Assembly (NCBI GenBank): GCA_001460835.1
Contig: CYKH01002117.1
Coordinates: 729 to 60,387, forward strand
Direction: 5' to 3'
Origin: Bodo saltans
Taxonomy: Eukaryota
DNA length: 59,659 bases
Of this stretch, positions 1-10,143 are shown one piece after another (the first letter of the stretch is position 1; every line of letters begins with the position of its first letter). The translations under genes were made by a program, and so were the position numbers. Below the pieces are notes generated by a model that saw only the letters and a program-made list of their open reading frames with translations, was not told where the DNA came from and did no database searches.

Positions 1-650
1 TGCCGAATACTTCGTTACAACGACTCTGCGCAAACGACGAATCTATGCAAGTCGCCATATATGGTCCATTACTTGAATCGTTGGCCTCGTCATTCACACA
101 CTTAACGCACGTGGCCCTCAGACGGTGCTTATTGAACCGAGCTGCGATGGAGGCATTTGCTCGAGGCATTGCGTGCGCTGGGGGAGGCGTGTCATCACTC
201 GAGTTCCTTGACATCTCGGAAAACGAGCTGGACTCAGCTGCACTCACAGCGCTTGCCACTGCGTTGCACAGCTCCGAGGCGCACCGAAATCGTATTCGAG
301 TGCTGAATCTCTCTCACAATAACGTAAGCACCACGCCAGCGACGGCACCGAGTGACGACACCTACTGCAGGAAGGGACTTCTTAGTCTCGCACTCCTGGT
401 GCTGCATGCGCCAATGCTGATGGAGGTATCCCTGAAGGGCAACGGTCTCGGCAGTGCGCACCCACCGAGATGGCCCGCTGGCGGTGACCACGGAGGTACT
501 TCGGAGGTTTGTGAGGCTGCTCGACGCTCCATCGCAACGCGAGGCGGTGGTGGTAAGCCACCTATCGTTGATGTCACCGAGAATGAGTTCAATCCGCACA
601 CGTTGGAGTCACTGCATCGCTGTTCGGGATTTACCGCAGTTGTATTGTAA
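1..650 (+). CDS. Leucine-rich-repeat protein, ribonuclease-inhibitor-type LRRs; 5'-partial, the ORF stays open to the window edge
   Basis: Frame containing the ATG at 45 has no stop back to nt 3. Translation shows RI-like LRR consensus (LEFLDISENELDSAALTALATAL..., RVLNLSHNNV, MLMEVSLKGNGLG). Stop TAA at 648-650. Confidence 0.5.
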   Translation, partial: PNTSLQRLCANDESMQVAIYGPLLESLASSFTHLTHVALRRCLLNRAAMEAFARGIACAGGGVSSLEFLDISENELDSAALTALATALHSSEAHRNRIRVLNLSHNNVSTTPATAPSDDTYCRKGLLSLALLVLHAPMLMEVSLKGNGLGSAHPPRWPAGGDHGGTSEVCEAARRSIATRGGGGKPPIVDVTENEFNPHTLESLHRCSGFTAVVL

Positions 651-660
651 CACCTAGTGC

Positions 661-802
661 TCCCCTTTTTCTTTGTGTTTTTTGAAATCGCTCGTCATTT
701 TTTCAAAGGGGGGCACTTCGTCTCGAGGTAATTTCTTGTTGATCTCGCCTACTTCTCAACCTTTTTTTCTTTTTCGTGTTTGAATGGAAGTAAACCAGCA
801 GG
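661..802 (+). promoter_or_regulatory. Pyrimidine-rich intergenic tract with downstream AG; candidate trans-splice acceptor region for the RRM gene
   Basis: Runs such as ctccccttttttctttgtgttttttg and cctacttctcaacctttttttctttttcgtgttt lie immediately 5' of the ATG at 803. This pattern recurs before most genes in the window (for example 2221-2240, 21846-21870, 25685-25705, 30676-30712, 37262-37290, 43272-43290, 49455-49490). Confidence 0.3.
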
Positions 803-1546
803 ATGACCTTTGATCCCCACTCCAAGCGCGGGAGTGCCCCAGCTGAGGTTCCCGTTGGAGTCATCGTGGATAAGTCAACACGTGTGTACATCAAGAACAT
901 TCCTGTGTCACGGCTAGAGAAGGAAAGTTTTGACACGCTGAAGGCTGAGTTTGCTGAGTTCGGGCCTTTGGAGCTGTATGTGCTCCACAAGGATACCTGG
1001 GGCCGCTTCACTGGCACAGCCATGGCCACCTACCGCAACCCTGCAGATGCAAAGCTCGCCATCAAGAAGATGAATGGTGCCGATATTGATGGAGAGGCTC
1101 TGAAGGTCAACTACGCGAAAGAACACGGCGTGATTCTTGCAAACCAGATGCACCGGTACGATAAGCGTGAAGAGGTCGAGGAGGCTCGATGGACGCACGA
1201 TAAATACGAAATGGCGCGCTTAGGCGGCGATGAGGATAGGCCCTACGTCCCTCGTGGACGCGGCTTTGGAGGACGAGGAGGGTTCCGAGGAGGAGATCGT
1301 GGCAGTGGCGGGGATCACTTCCGTGGAGGGCGAGGCCGCGGAGGTCGTGGCGGTCGCGGCATGTCGAGCGTCGATCGCGTAGGCGCATCGTTTGATCAAT
1401 ACATTGCACAGAGAGACAATGTTGTGACAACAACTCTTGAATGGTCCGGTGGCGTTGAATCTGCAGAAACTGTTGCTGCTCCCCAGCTTCCATTAGCTCC
1501 TCCAGCTGAGGTGGGTGCAGGCGGCGGTATCGAGACCGCTGAGTAA
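803..1546 (+). CDS. RNA-binding protein with one RRM followed by an RGG/RG-rich box
   Basis: The RRM with RNP-like motifs reads VYIKNIPVSRLEKESFDTLKAEFAEFGPLELYVLHKD...GTAMATYRNPADAKLAIKKMNGADIDGEALKVNYA. Then GRGFGGRGGFRGGDRGSGGDHFRGGRGRGGRGGRG. ATG start follows a polypyrimidine tract; the ORF is clean. Confidence 0.85.
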   Translation: MTFDPHSKRGSAPAEVPVGVIVDKSTRVYIKNIPVSRLEKESFDTLKAEFAEFGPLELYVLHKDTWGRFTGTAMATYRNPADAKLAIKKMNGADIDGEALKVNYAKEHGVILANQMHRYDKREEVEEARWTHDKYEMARLGGDEDRPYVPRGRGFGGRGGFRGGDRGSGGDHFRGGRGRGGRGGRGMSSVDRVGASFDQYIAQRDNVVTTTLEWSGGVESAETVAAPQLPLAPPAEVGAGGGIETAE

Positions 1547-1693
1547 CCATGCCCAAGACCTTGGACACCTTTGTTCCATTCTGTTACGACTGAGTGTCTT
1601 TTGTTGTGTCGACTTCGTTGCATTCACGTTGTTTACGTTATCGTTGTAGTTGGCCATCTCTCTGAAAAACAATACTAGTCACATACAAAATGC

Positions 1694-2146
1694 ATGAATG
1701 AAAGAATGAAGTCTAGTGAATCACTGTCCACTGCTCGCCATCGTTTTCTTCGCGAGCTTGAAAGCGAGGCCAGCGCTGCGCGCAACTGTGCGAACGGCGC
1801 CGCTGGGGTCGTCTCGTCCCCTCCCCCTCGAGTGGGAGACACCCCGTCGTTCCTCTCGTCGATTGAGTGGGGCATCGTTCACGCAAGGAGAGCATATCCA
1901 CAATGGAAGCACGCACTTGAATCCCTTCCATGGTGGCCAGCAGTCGACTCACCTTGGCGTGAAGTGGCCACCTACTCAGTCGCTGCTTTGGTGTCCTCCA
2001 TGATCCTTGCGATAGTGCTGTGGTGGTATCTGCCTCCTGAGTGGCTAGCGATTGCTGCGTTAGTGCTGACGCTGTTGAGCTGGGGGCGACTCATGAGGTT
2101 GTTTCGTCACCGCCCTCCAACGTTATTGTCTACGCAAACCTCCTAA
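1694..2146 (+). CDS. Hypothetical small protein with two predicted C-terminal transmembrane helices
   Basis: 150-aa ATG ORF. C-terminal hydrophobic segments AALVSSMILAIVLWWYL and LAIAALVLTLLSWG. No recognisable domain. Overlapping alternative-frame ORFs exist, so the call is weak. Confidence 0.35.
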   Translation: MNERMKSSESLSTARHRFLRELESEASAARNCANGAAGVVSSPPPRVGDTPSFLSSIEWGIVHARRAYPQWKHALESLPWWPAVDSPWREVATYSVAALVSSMILAIVLWWYLPPEWLAIAALVLTLLSWGRLMRLFRHRPPTLLSTQTS

Positions 2147-2295
2147 ATCACATGTACATTTGACACTTACATTTTTGTTATCTTAGTCGACACTTATCGG
2201 CAGATTCTAGCGACTGAAATTTTTTTTGTTGCTTTTCCTAAAAAACCCAAACGAACATCAAACAGGAACGATACGTTACGTGTGTGTGCGCGACT

Positions 2296-3204
2296 ATGTT
2301 TGAGCCTGCGGTGCCTCAAGAGGCGCTTGTCCAGCGCAAGCGCCACTTTGTCCCCGAGACCGTCCAACTGTCGGCCAAGGTCCCACCAGCTGCTGTCAGC
2401 AAGCGGACCTTCGCTCGAGACGCGTCACTCTACCTCAATCCTCACGTCGCTGACGGCCCTCCTACGCCCAGGGTGAATCATGAGTGGTCTGATGCTGAAT
2501 CCCGTCGCCGAGTTGTCTACCCCTCCACGCTAGAATTTACAAGGCCTGGAAAGCCATGGGCGCCAGTTGGCGGTCAAGGGGGTCAGCCAATCCCTCAGCC
2601 TCCTCCGTCCCCCAGAAAGCAGACGCCAAATGCAGCGGACAAATCAAACTCTCCACGAAAAGTAACCGGGCCGCCAAGTGACCGCATTATGTCTCGACCA
2701 CACCGCCAAGAGTTGTCGCCCAAGATTCAGTTGCCAAAGAAAGACGTTGACCTCAAGAAGCTCATGCAGCGTATCGAACAGAACGTGAAGAATAGGCAAA
2801 CGCGCATTGACGCGAATGCTAAGAAGTTGGAGCAAAGTCAAATCAACCCAGGCTCACGGAAGAAACCATCTGATGACGGCGGCACCACGCCATCCAACGC
2901 AGAGCTTAGCGAATTTCATCGCAGACTTCTTGAGGAGCCCCTTCAGCAGCGTGAGAGGCACTTAAAGAGCCTTCAGGACAAGCTGCTAAATCGCGAAAAG
3001 ACATCTCCTCCACGAAAGTTGACGCCTAGCGAGCAAAAGTCGGTATCGGCGCGAATGTACAATGAGGGTATCAGTCGTCAGCACAAAACAATGCTGTCGG
3101 CATCCAAAAAATACATTGATGATGTAGCCCCAAAGTTTGCTTCGTTGACAGCAGATGAGGCGAAAGCGTCGTCAGACAGATTGTTTAGCGGTGAGCTGCG
3201 GTAA
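2296..3204 (+). CDS. Hypothetical protein, basic and Pro/Lys/Ser-rich (disordered-looking)
   Basis: The track ORF starts at GTG 2284; the first in-frame ATG is 2296 (MFEPAVPQEAL...). 303 aa, no recognisable catalytic motif. Confidence 0.5.
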   Translation: MFEPAVPQEALVQRKRHFVPETVQLSAKVPPAAVSKRTFARDASLYLNPHVADGPPTPRVNHEWSDAESRRRVVYPSTLEFTRPGKPWAPVGGQGGQPIPQPPPSPRKQTPNAADKSNSPRKVTGPPSDRIMSRPHRQELSPKIQLPKKDVDLKKLMQRIEQNVKNRQTRIDANAKKLEQSQINPGSRKKPSDDGGTTPSNAELSEFHRRLLEEPLQQRERHLKSLQDKLLNREKTSPPRKLTPSEQKSVSARMYNEGISRQHKTMLSASKKYIDDVAPKFASLTADEAKASSDRLFSGELR

Positions 3205-3478
3205 TCCACTGCGAATGGATGCACAGGAAGAAGAAAAAGGACAGCTTGTTCTTTTCATCCGGTACCCCAAACATTGTTGTAAAGTCGTTGTGCTTGCATG
3301 TGATGTATAATGCTCAAAAAAAAAAAACAAAACACAACATAAACTAGTGGTTGAGTTTCTCTCACACATAACGCTCCGACACTTCTCTCTTCGCTTCAGT
3401 TATTTACTTCTCTGCCACCTCTGCAAAAAAACAACAACAAAAAGAAAGGGGAAACATCATCAACAATACACACGAATT

Positions 3479-4288
3479 ATGCTCAGCAAAGGTGTCATTG
3501 AAAAGGTCTCCCACACATTGGATGGCTCAACGAACGGCGCACCAGCACACCTGTTAAGCGAAGCGTCGTCGTTTTTGCTCCGTGAAATAGGCTCCTCACC
3601 TTGCAGCTCCAGTGGCAGTCGCATCAGCGCGTCGTTAAGCAATCGCCTCCAAAACTCGTCTGATGCTGCCGCGTTGGGCGTTACTCCCAACGAAGCGTGC
3701 TCCATCGGCTTGACAGCATGGGCTGATGCTCAATGGGCGCGCTGCGTCACGCTTTCGAAATCCCAAGAATGCAAGTCAGTATTTCTAGACATCCTCTTGC
3801 TGTATCAAGGACATGTGCTGGCGACTAGACCTCATCACGTGTCGACGCTTGCCAATCGGCATGTAGCTGCGTCTCGCCCTCTCCGGACAACAACACGCAA
3901 CATCAAGAATCGAGCCATTGCATCATTATGGGCGAGAGAAAGCGTTCTTCTAGGAGCACATGCTCCCACCTCCATCGGAGGGAACATCACTTCCATCAGA
4001 GGGCATTTATATTCATTTACGTACCTACTGGGACTACTGCGTGACCCTGTTCGATGGAATGCGTGCAAAGATGTTGACGTGTACCGCCGAGTGACGCTAC
4101 TCTCGCCACAATGGAGCGCGCCGAGAACTGCTGTTGATGTTGCAGGGGGCCTTGACTATGGTGCTGCGAACAGAGGGGAGCTTGGCCCAAAGTTTCGCGC
4201 AAGATTGTCCCCGTACGTGCTTAGCAACGAGTGGTCTGATGAAGAAGTGGATGCCCTCTCGACAATCCTTCTTAATGACGACGATTAA
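3479..4288 (+). CDS. Hypothetical protein
   Basis: The track ORF starts at GTG 3347 inside an A/T-rich UTR-like stretch. The first in-frame ATG is 3479 (MLSKGVIEKVSHTLDG...). 269 aa, no motif recognised. Confidence 0.45.
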   Translation: MLSKGVIEKVSHTLDGSTNGAPAHLLSEASSFLLREIGSSPCSSSGSRISASLSNRLQNSSDAAALGVTPNEACSIGLTAWADAQWARCVTLSKSQECKSVFLDILLLYQGHVLATRPHHVSTLANRHVAASRPLRTTTRNIKNRAIASLWARESVLLGAHAPTSIGGNITSIRGHLYSFTYLLGLLRDPVRWNACKDVDVYRRVTLLSPQWSAPRTAVDVAGGLDYGAANRGELGPKFRARLSPYVLSNEWSDEEVDALSTILLNDDD

Positions 4289-4456
4289 GAAGGAAGCAAA
4301 ACGTAGGTTGGTCTGGTTGCTGATTGTTTTTTGTTGACACTTCTTTCACTTTATTTTTGAAAATTAGTACCGTTGTCTTTCCAAGCACTCATCTTTTATT
4401 TTGTTGTTGTACGGTTTAGTCAAAGTTCAAACAAAACAGTGACGGACACAACGACG

Positions 4457-7400
4457 ATGTTGACTGTGGAGCCTTCTTTTTCATCAGGTGGGGGCCACAC
4501 GCCGCGCCCAGGCAACTTATCCATCGTGGAGTCTGTTCTGTCTGTTAGCGATAGCAACGTAGGCAGCATCGGAATGGCCGGCAGCGGACCAACGGCAAGC
4601 CGGCGCCGCTCATCGGTGATGATGAGGCGGACGTCTCGGACAGGATCGATTCTGTCATCTCGATCGGATCAGTTTGTCCCAAGAGCTCCGCTGCATGTTG
4701 ACGAGGTTGCCTCTCGCATTGATGACGCCGCAGAGGGCACCATTGTTGGCTGGCCATTTGAGCAGGACTGTGTGGTCAGATCCACAAATCCATTGCTCAA
4801 CGCCGATGAAATGAGGCAACGATACGGCAACCGTATGCAACCGTTTGCTCCCGTGAACGACATCACGAGCTCTGAAGATTCTTTGGATCGCAAACGAGCG
4901 AATCGTGCACGGCGGCAACAGCGGAAGCAGAACGACCATGTGATGTTAGAGGACGGGCTCGACAATTCACAAAACCAGTCTCAGAAGAACGGCTCCCCTC
5001 AGAGGACAGGCAGTGAGCGTGCCTCACCGTACCGACAGACTGTGAGAGTACCGACAAAGAAGCAGCTGATCACCTCAAATGCGCAGTTAGTGAGTTCCGT
5101 TCGCGCTGCAAAGGATGAACTGCGAGTTCGCCTGCGTGAGGAAACGCACCAAATTAGGCTCTTGATCAAAGTCAAGCAATGGAAAGATCGCGTGATTGAT
5201 TTTGCGCCCAGCGGACTGTTGCAGCGCGATGCGAAGCTGCAGTACAACCCTCTGCTTGATCCTGTTCACCTTCATCAGGAATGCATGAGGGACATTTTAT
5301 TCGAGGAAAGCAAAGTTGCAGAGGCGCTCTTCCAGCTATTCCAGAAGCAGGCGCGGGAGGGTGAAGACATGCGTCGCAAGAGGCAAGAGGATGAGGACGC
5401 ATCGAGTTGGCTGCCGCATGTCCACACCAACTCCGTTCGAGAGCGTCTGGATAACCTCACCAACCCATTACGTCCGCATGAACCCCGTGCTCCCTTTCAC
5501 CAACGCTTTGGTGGCGTGGCGCCTTCAACAACGGCTGGTGGTCACACCAATCGAAGCGCCACGTTGTTTGGCGAGACCATTCGCGACTTGAAGCCTGAGC
5601 GTGATGGACAAGGGCTTTTGCCTCAACTGCCATCGTCTGTGGCACCTCTGTTGCTACTTCCGTACATCGCTGCCCGCCCCGCGCACCATCAGACGTTCGC
5701 CTCATCGAGGGGTCATGGGCGTGCGGTGGAAGAAATTATTCAAGATGCTCCTCCTCCAGTACCAACCGCCCAAGTATCCCCTACCACTGTGTCTCCACAA
5801 CGGAGCGTGTCGCCCCGTAAAGCACCATGGGCAATAGGCGCAGCTCCCCTCCCGATGGATCCCGTTACCCTGCACGGCGGTACTCATCATTCGTTAGGAA
5901 TCTCAAGTTCGGGCCAGCCTGCTCACACCACAACATCTGTCAGTGTCGGTGCGGTGTCTCCACGATCACGGATGCGTGCAGAGCTGCACCATGTAAAGTA
6001 CGTGCCCTCGTCATCGTCGCATGTCGATGCGGTGGTGCGCTCGATGGTCTCCGCATTTCAAGCGCAGTCACAGGAGCAGTCTCGTGCAGCACCGTTCGCG
6101 ATGAGTAACGGTAGTAAGCGCCGCTTATCAAAATTTCCAACATTTGGAGAGGGTGACGCTGAGGTTGCTGGTTCCAGCGAGCACTTGCCGCCTGATGCCG
6201 CACCGTCACCAGCAAAGAAGGGCAGATCCCGTTCGATTGTTTCTATGGCTGCAGAAGGGTTAGTGACTCAACCGGCCGCCAACGGACAAGGTCAGGATGC
6301 TGGCGTTTCATTGTTGCGTCCCTCGTCACCGACTGTGTTACCAGACTCGTGGCCAGAGGTGCACATCCCAGCCGATGCCAACCTTAGAGCAGTGCTACAC
6401 GAACGTTTGCTGGGAGAGTCATCGTCGTCATCAACCCTACCGCCATGTCCGGAAGGCCTCCTTTGTCCAATGGCACTCGAGCTCATGTCGGAGCCGATCT
6501 TAGTGAGCGATGGATCCGCAACAACGATAGCTGCTGCCACCAATAATACAATCGTTGAGGCGTCGCTTGATCGCAGCTCATGGGAATACATTCTCGATGC
6601 GTTGCAAGCCGGAACTCTCACCGCCTCAAAGTTGCCTCCACCGCTCGACAGCCTGTTCAGTGCAGCGGCGGTGATCAACGGCGGCCTCACCGTGCGGTTG
6701 GATACGTTGAAAATCGTGTCCCTCATTAAATGGCGTTCCACCATGTTGTGGATGTTGGCGAACCACACGTTGCATCGTCATGAAGCGTTTCACATTGCGA
6801 TTGGGTTAGTCAATGATTTAATCGAAGGGGCAATGGACGAAGATTTATCTCAAAGCTCGAGCCTCCTTCGCGTCGCCAAGGCGCACAAAGGAGGTGGTGG
6901 GGCGCTGGCCTTAAAGAGTGGGTCTGTCATCGAGCATCGTCGAGTTTATCCAGTCAGCATGGTTGCACTTCGTGCAGCCGCACTTGACGCACATCAACAT
7001 GTTGTCAAAATCGCACCACACCTCGACAGCGTCCGATCATCTGGGCAGCGTGTCTTGAACAGTTTAGAATCCCTGCAGTCGAAGCGCGGATGCTACGAAC
7101 GGGACTTATTGCGTCTGCAGGTTCGGTTGATCAATCATGCGCAGGGCGGAGCGTCAGCTCCCCCGGCTATGGAGGACATCCAGAGGATTCTGGTGGAAAT
7201 GCGCCATTGTGACGAGGACCTGAATGCTCAAGCAAAGTTACTCTTGGATTTGGAGCGTCGTTACGCTTCGTTGCGTTCCATGTGGGCGTCGCTTGCCAAC
7301 CGGGTTGATGCGTACAATGAGCACGTGGCCCCGTTTAACAAATTCTCCTCTGCGCAAAAAGCATATTGGGGCCCGATTTACAAAGCCACGCTTTCTGCTT

Positions 7401-8254
7401 GCCACACCGTCGTTGCCAGCCTGATTAACCGTGATATGCACTCTTCGCGAGAAAATCGAACACTTTTGCAAAACGTGGCGGAGTGCCTGGAGGAGACCAC
7501 GGTGGTGGACATGCTCGCCAAACTCCCTGCCCTCCTTGTGCGTCTGGAGACTCGCATGCGTCAAGCAAAACAGGCCACATCACCCCTCCTCCCCCTCACC
7601 GATGCCGCATTTGTGATCATGAGCCCATACGCTCAATTTGAAGACATTGTGGTGACCCCTCCCCACAAGGTCATCGTGTACCCAATGCTGCGTGATTGCC
7701 CGCCGTTTATTGAGCCCCACAGTACTGCCGATGTGGCAAGTGGAGTCGCCATGTTACGGCGAAAGTCGATGCCCCTTCCCCTTCCGGCCTCGCCCAGAGG
7801 TGCAGCAAGAGATGTGGCGCAACCTCAACGCGAATCAGTGAGGAGCCGGCCAATGCCACATCACAACAACAATGGCCCGAGCAACGGCGAAGTGTGCTCT
7901 CGCATTGTCCGCTCCGTTGGGTCTGACCCAAGCACACCATTTTGGCATTTCGTTCGCAAGAATGGTCCCTCGGAGACGACCCCTACAAGCCCCGATGCCC
8001 CTCCCCACCGTCCAAGCGATGGCCATCACATTGAAAAGTCCGACACCATATCCACATCTCTCTCCGCACGAGATGTTCCAAAGTCAGGCCTCGTCGGGCT
8101 GCGTGGCGTCAACACTCCACACGCTGCGACATCGGTTCGTTTACAAAATGACAAGGCGTCGCTGTTTATCGTTGCCCCAGGACAACGGTTTATGGCGCAT
8201 GAGCCGAAGCATGCAATGTCGATTCCTTCAGGACGACGCCCGTTTGCGCTTTGA
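4457..8254 (+). CDS. Large hypothetical protein (~1265 aa), Ser/Pro-rich N-terminal half, possible degenerate U-box-like motif
   Basis: The track ORF begins at TTG 4373. The first in-frame ATG is 4457 (MLTVEPSFSSGGGH), right after a pyrimidine tract plus AG. The ORF is open for 3.8 kb. The motif LCPMALELMSEPILVSDGS (near nt 6450-6510) resembles the start of a U-box (CPIslELMkDPVi); the remainder does not match clearly. Confidence 0.6.
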   Translation: MLTVEPSFSSGGGHTPRPGNLSIVESVLSVSDSNVGSIGMAGSGPTASRRRSSVMMRRTSRTGSILSSRSDQFVPRAPLHVDEVASRIDDAAEGTIVGWPFEQDCVVRSTNPLLNADEMRQRYGNRMQPFAPVNDITSSEDSLDRKRANRARRQQRKQNDHVMLEDGLDNSQNQSQKNGSPQRTGSERASPYRQTVRVPTKKQLITSNAQLVSSVRAAKDELRVRLREETHQIRLLIKVKQWKDRVIDFAPSGLLQRDAKLQYNPLLDPVHLHQECMRDILFEESKVAEALFQLFQKQAREGEDMRRKRQEDEDASSWLPHVHTNSVRERLDNLTNPLRPHEPRAPFHQRFGGVAPSTTAGGHTNRSATLFGETIRDLKPERDGQGLLPQLPSSVAPLLLLPYIAARPAHHQTFASSRGHGRAVEEIIQDAPPPVPTAQVSPTTVSPQRSVSPRKAPWAIGAAPLPMDPVTLHGGTHHSLGISSSGQPAHTTTSVSVGAVSPRSRMRAELHHVKYVPSSSSHVDAVVRSMVSAFQAQSQEQSRAAPFAMSNGSKRRLSKFPTFGEGDAEVAGSSEHLPPDAAPSPAKKGRSRSIVSMAAEGLVTQPAANGQGQDAGVSLLRPSSPTVLPDSWPEVHIPADANLRAVLHERLLGESSSSSTLPPCPEGLLCPMALELMSEPILVSDGSATTIAAATNNTIVEASLDRSSWEYILDALQAGTLTASKLPPPLDSLFSAAAVINGGLTVRLDTLKIVSLIKWRSTMLWMLANHTLHRHEAFHIAIGLVNDLIEGAMDEDLSQSSSLLRVAKAHKGGGGALALKSGSVIEHRRVYPVSMVALRAAALDAHQHVVKIAPHLDSVRSSGQRVLNSLESLQSKRGCYERDLLRLQVRLINHAQGGASAPPAMEDIQRILVEMRHCDEDLNAQAKLLLDLERRYASLRSMWASLANRVDAYNEHVAPFNKFSSAQKAYWGPIYKATLSACHTVVASLINRDMHSSRENRTLLQNVAECLEETTVVDMLAKLPALLVRLETRMRQAKQATSPLLPLTDAAFVIMSPYAQFEDIVVTPPHKVIVYPMLRDCPPFIEPHSTADVASGVAMLRRKSMPLPLPASPRGAARDVAQPQRESVRSRPMPHHNNNGPSNGEVCSRIVRSVGSDPSTPFWHFVRKNGPSETTPTSPDAPPHRPSDGHHIEKSDTISTSLSARDVPKSGLVGLRGVNTPHAATSVRLQNDKASLFIVAPGQRFMAHEPKHAMSIPSGRRPFAL

Positions 8255-8415
8255 CGAGAAGTGCGTTCTCAGTTGCAATGTAACAGAAATAGTGTACCAT
8301 TAGTTTCGCTTTCTAAATGATTTGCTGACGTACAAAACATGATTCCCATTTGAGCCAAGAAAGATAAAACGCAACTGGCTATTCTTTTTTTCTAGAGTGA
8401 GTCAGGGGACATAAG

Positions 8416-9186
8416 ATGTTTGCTGCATCGGTCTTTCGCTATTGCCAACAGCAGAAGTCTGCTCAACTTCGCAAAGACTTGAGCAGATTTGTCAAGCCAC
8501 TTGCTAAATTTCGACACACTATCCCAACAACTTCAGTGGAATCATCCGTGCGGTACCATCGAAGGTGCCCTGTGTGCAACGACGACACACTCCGTGATCC
8601 TGCAAACTTGGATTGCCACATCTCGCTGAATCATCAAAGCATTGAAGAATTGTGCACGTCGCAGGTTGGTCCCCTTGCACAATACAACATGCGTGAAGTG
8701 AAGAGTGTGTGTGAGTCGAGCATGAACACAGATGTTGTTTTGGTACTTGACTTGGCCAACATTGAACTGGCCGCACTGGATTATGTTTCGGTGACGAGGG
8801 ATTCACCGCTTGTTGATTTCTTTTCCAGGTATTCCGTCACGTGTGTGCTGACGCACGAACTTATGTTACCGATCGCGCCAGCAGTGGCCCCAGATCTCTT
8901 TGCTCGTCTCGTGACACACCGCGCGAATTCCAGAATATTTACGTTGTTTGTTTCAAACGGCCTTGACAAGGGTGACCACGTAACAGGTGCGCTTTTGCAA
9001 AGCCTGCTCGCTGCTCCAGGAGTTGACGGTAAGATCTTGGTCATGACGAATGATGGCAACCAAAGATTATGTTTGCAGCTTCTACACGACAGGAAACGAG
9101 TTTCAATGCTGTCATTTCCGAGATCGCCGTATGGCTGGGGCCTTATCCTCAACGACGAAATGGAGAGAGAAGCTGTCGGTGAATAA
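8416..9186 (+). CDS. Hypothetical protein with a Cys/His zinc-binding-like motif and a possible NYN/LabA-like nuclease domain; N-terminus looks like a mitochondrial presequence
   Basis: ATG ORF of 256 aa. RRCPVCNDDTLRDPANLDCHISLNH (C-x2-C...H-x4-H). VVLVLDLANIE ... GKILVMTNDGNQRLCLQLLHDRKRV resembles the LabA/NYN pattern (vfiDgeN ... ivlvSgDgDf). The domain call is a weak similarity judgement. Confidence 0.5.
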   Translation: MFAASVFRYCQQQKSAQLRKDLSRFVKPLAKFRHTIPTTSVESSVRYHRRCPVCNDDTLRDPANLDCHISLNHQSIEELCTSQVGPLAQYNMREVKSVCESSMNTDVVLVLDLANIELAALDYVSVTRDSPLVDFFSRYSVTCVLTHELMLPIAPAVAPDLFARLVTHRANSRIFTLFVSNGLDKGDHVTGALLQSLLAAPGVDGKILVMTNDGNQRLCLQLLHDRKRVSMLSFPRSPYGWGLILNDEMEREAVGE

Positions 9187-9336
9187 AAACCACAAAACAA
9201 AAACCCGTTGGTTTATGAACAGAACTCCATTTTTCAACATTGTTCAACCTTCTATTGACGTTTAATTTGTGTGCTTTTGTACAATTTGCTGCCAATAAAT
9301 CATAAGCCTACTCACCCTCCAAAATATTCACGAAAC

Positions 9337-9810
9337 ATGCTGCGACTTGCACGGATGATGAGCGTCACCGTATCCGCAGGATGCATGAGCAACGTGTCCA
9401 CTGCATTTGCGGTACATCGTCGAGCTCACTCAGAGCTGACGGGTGACCGTTCAAAGCCGTTGACGACAATTTGGAAGCTGGCCAACGGTGAAGAGAAAAC
9501 AGTGACGGCATATGAGGGCCAGAACCTTCTTGAAGTTGCCATCGAACATGATTTGCCGATTGAGGGAGCATGCGCAGGGTCCTGCGCGTGCTCGACGTGT
9601 CACCTCTACTTGCAAGAAGACGATATGGATAAATTCCCTGAGCCCACAGATGAGGAGAACGACATGCTGGACTTGGCGTTTTTCCCGCAAACGACATCCA
9701 GGCTTGGTTGCCAACTGAAAGTAAAGAAAACGATGGATGGTTTGCGAGTCGAGCTTCCACGCGCAACTCGGAACATGGCTGTGGATGGCTTCGTTGCGAA
9801 ACCTCACTAA
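9337..9810 (+). CDS. Adrenodoxin-type [2Fe-2S] ferredoxin, mitochondrial
   Basis: The track ORF starts at GTG 9271; the first ATG is 9337, giving MLRLARMMSVTVSAG, a presequence-like N-terminus. The cluster-binding motif is CAGSCACSTCH (nt 9571-9603), with the fourth Cys in SRLGCQLKV. Also carries the acidic interaction motif EPTDEENDMLDLA typical of adrenodoxin and Yah1. Confidence 0.85.
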   Translation: MLRLARMMSVTVSAGCMSNVSTAFAVHRRAHSELTGDRSKPLTTIWKLANGEEKTVTAYEGQNLLEVAIEHDLPIEGACAGSCACSTCHLYLQEDDMDKFPEPTDEENDMLDLAFFPQTTSRLGCQLKVKKTMDGLRVELPRATRNMAVDGFVAKPH

Positions 9811-10143
9811 AGCACCTTTTGAAGGGCATCATGGTGGATATGTTGTGCTCAGAGTGATGTTCCTTTTCATTTGAGGCGACGGCAAGAGAAGCACTGAATT
9901 GCTTTCCAGCAAAGAGCACAACAAAGAAACAAAGAAAAAGACACCGATACACGTTCGTGCCGGTGGATCACAACAGATGCGTACTTTATGTTGTCTTGCA
10001 TAATTTCCAGTTTTCATGAGTTTCGTCAATAACTAACGCAAGCTTTAGTGATACTCACGATCTGCGAAGTATTTTCCCCTTTCTTTTTCAATCACAGCAT
10101 GCTCAGCGCAGCTAGCAGCATTCTTGCCGTTGGGTGAGCGGAA

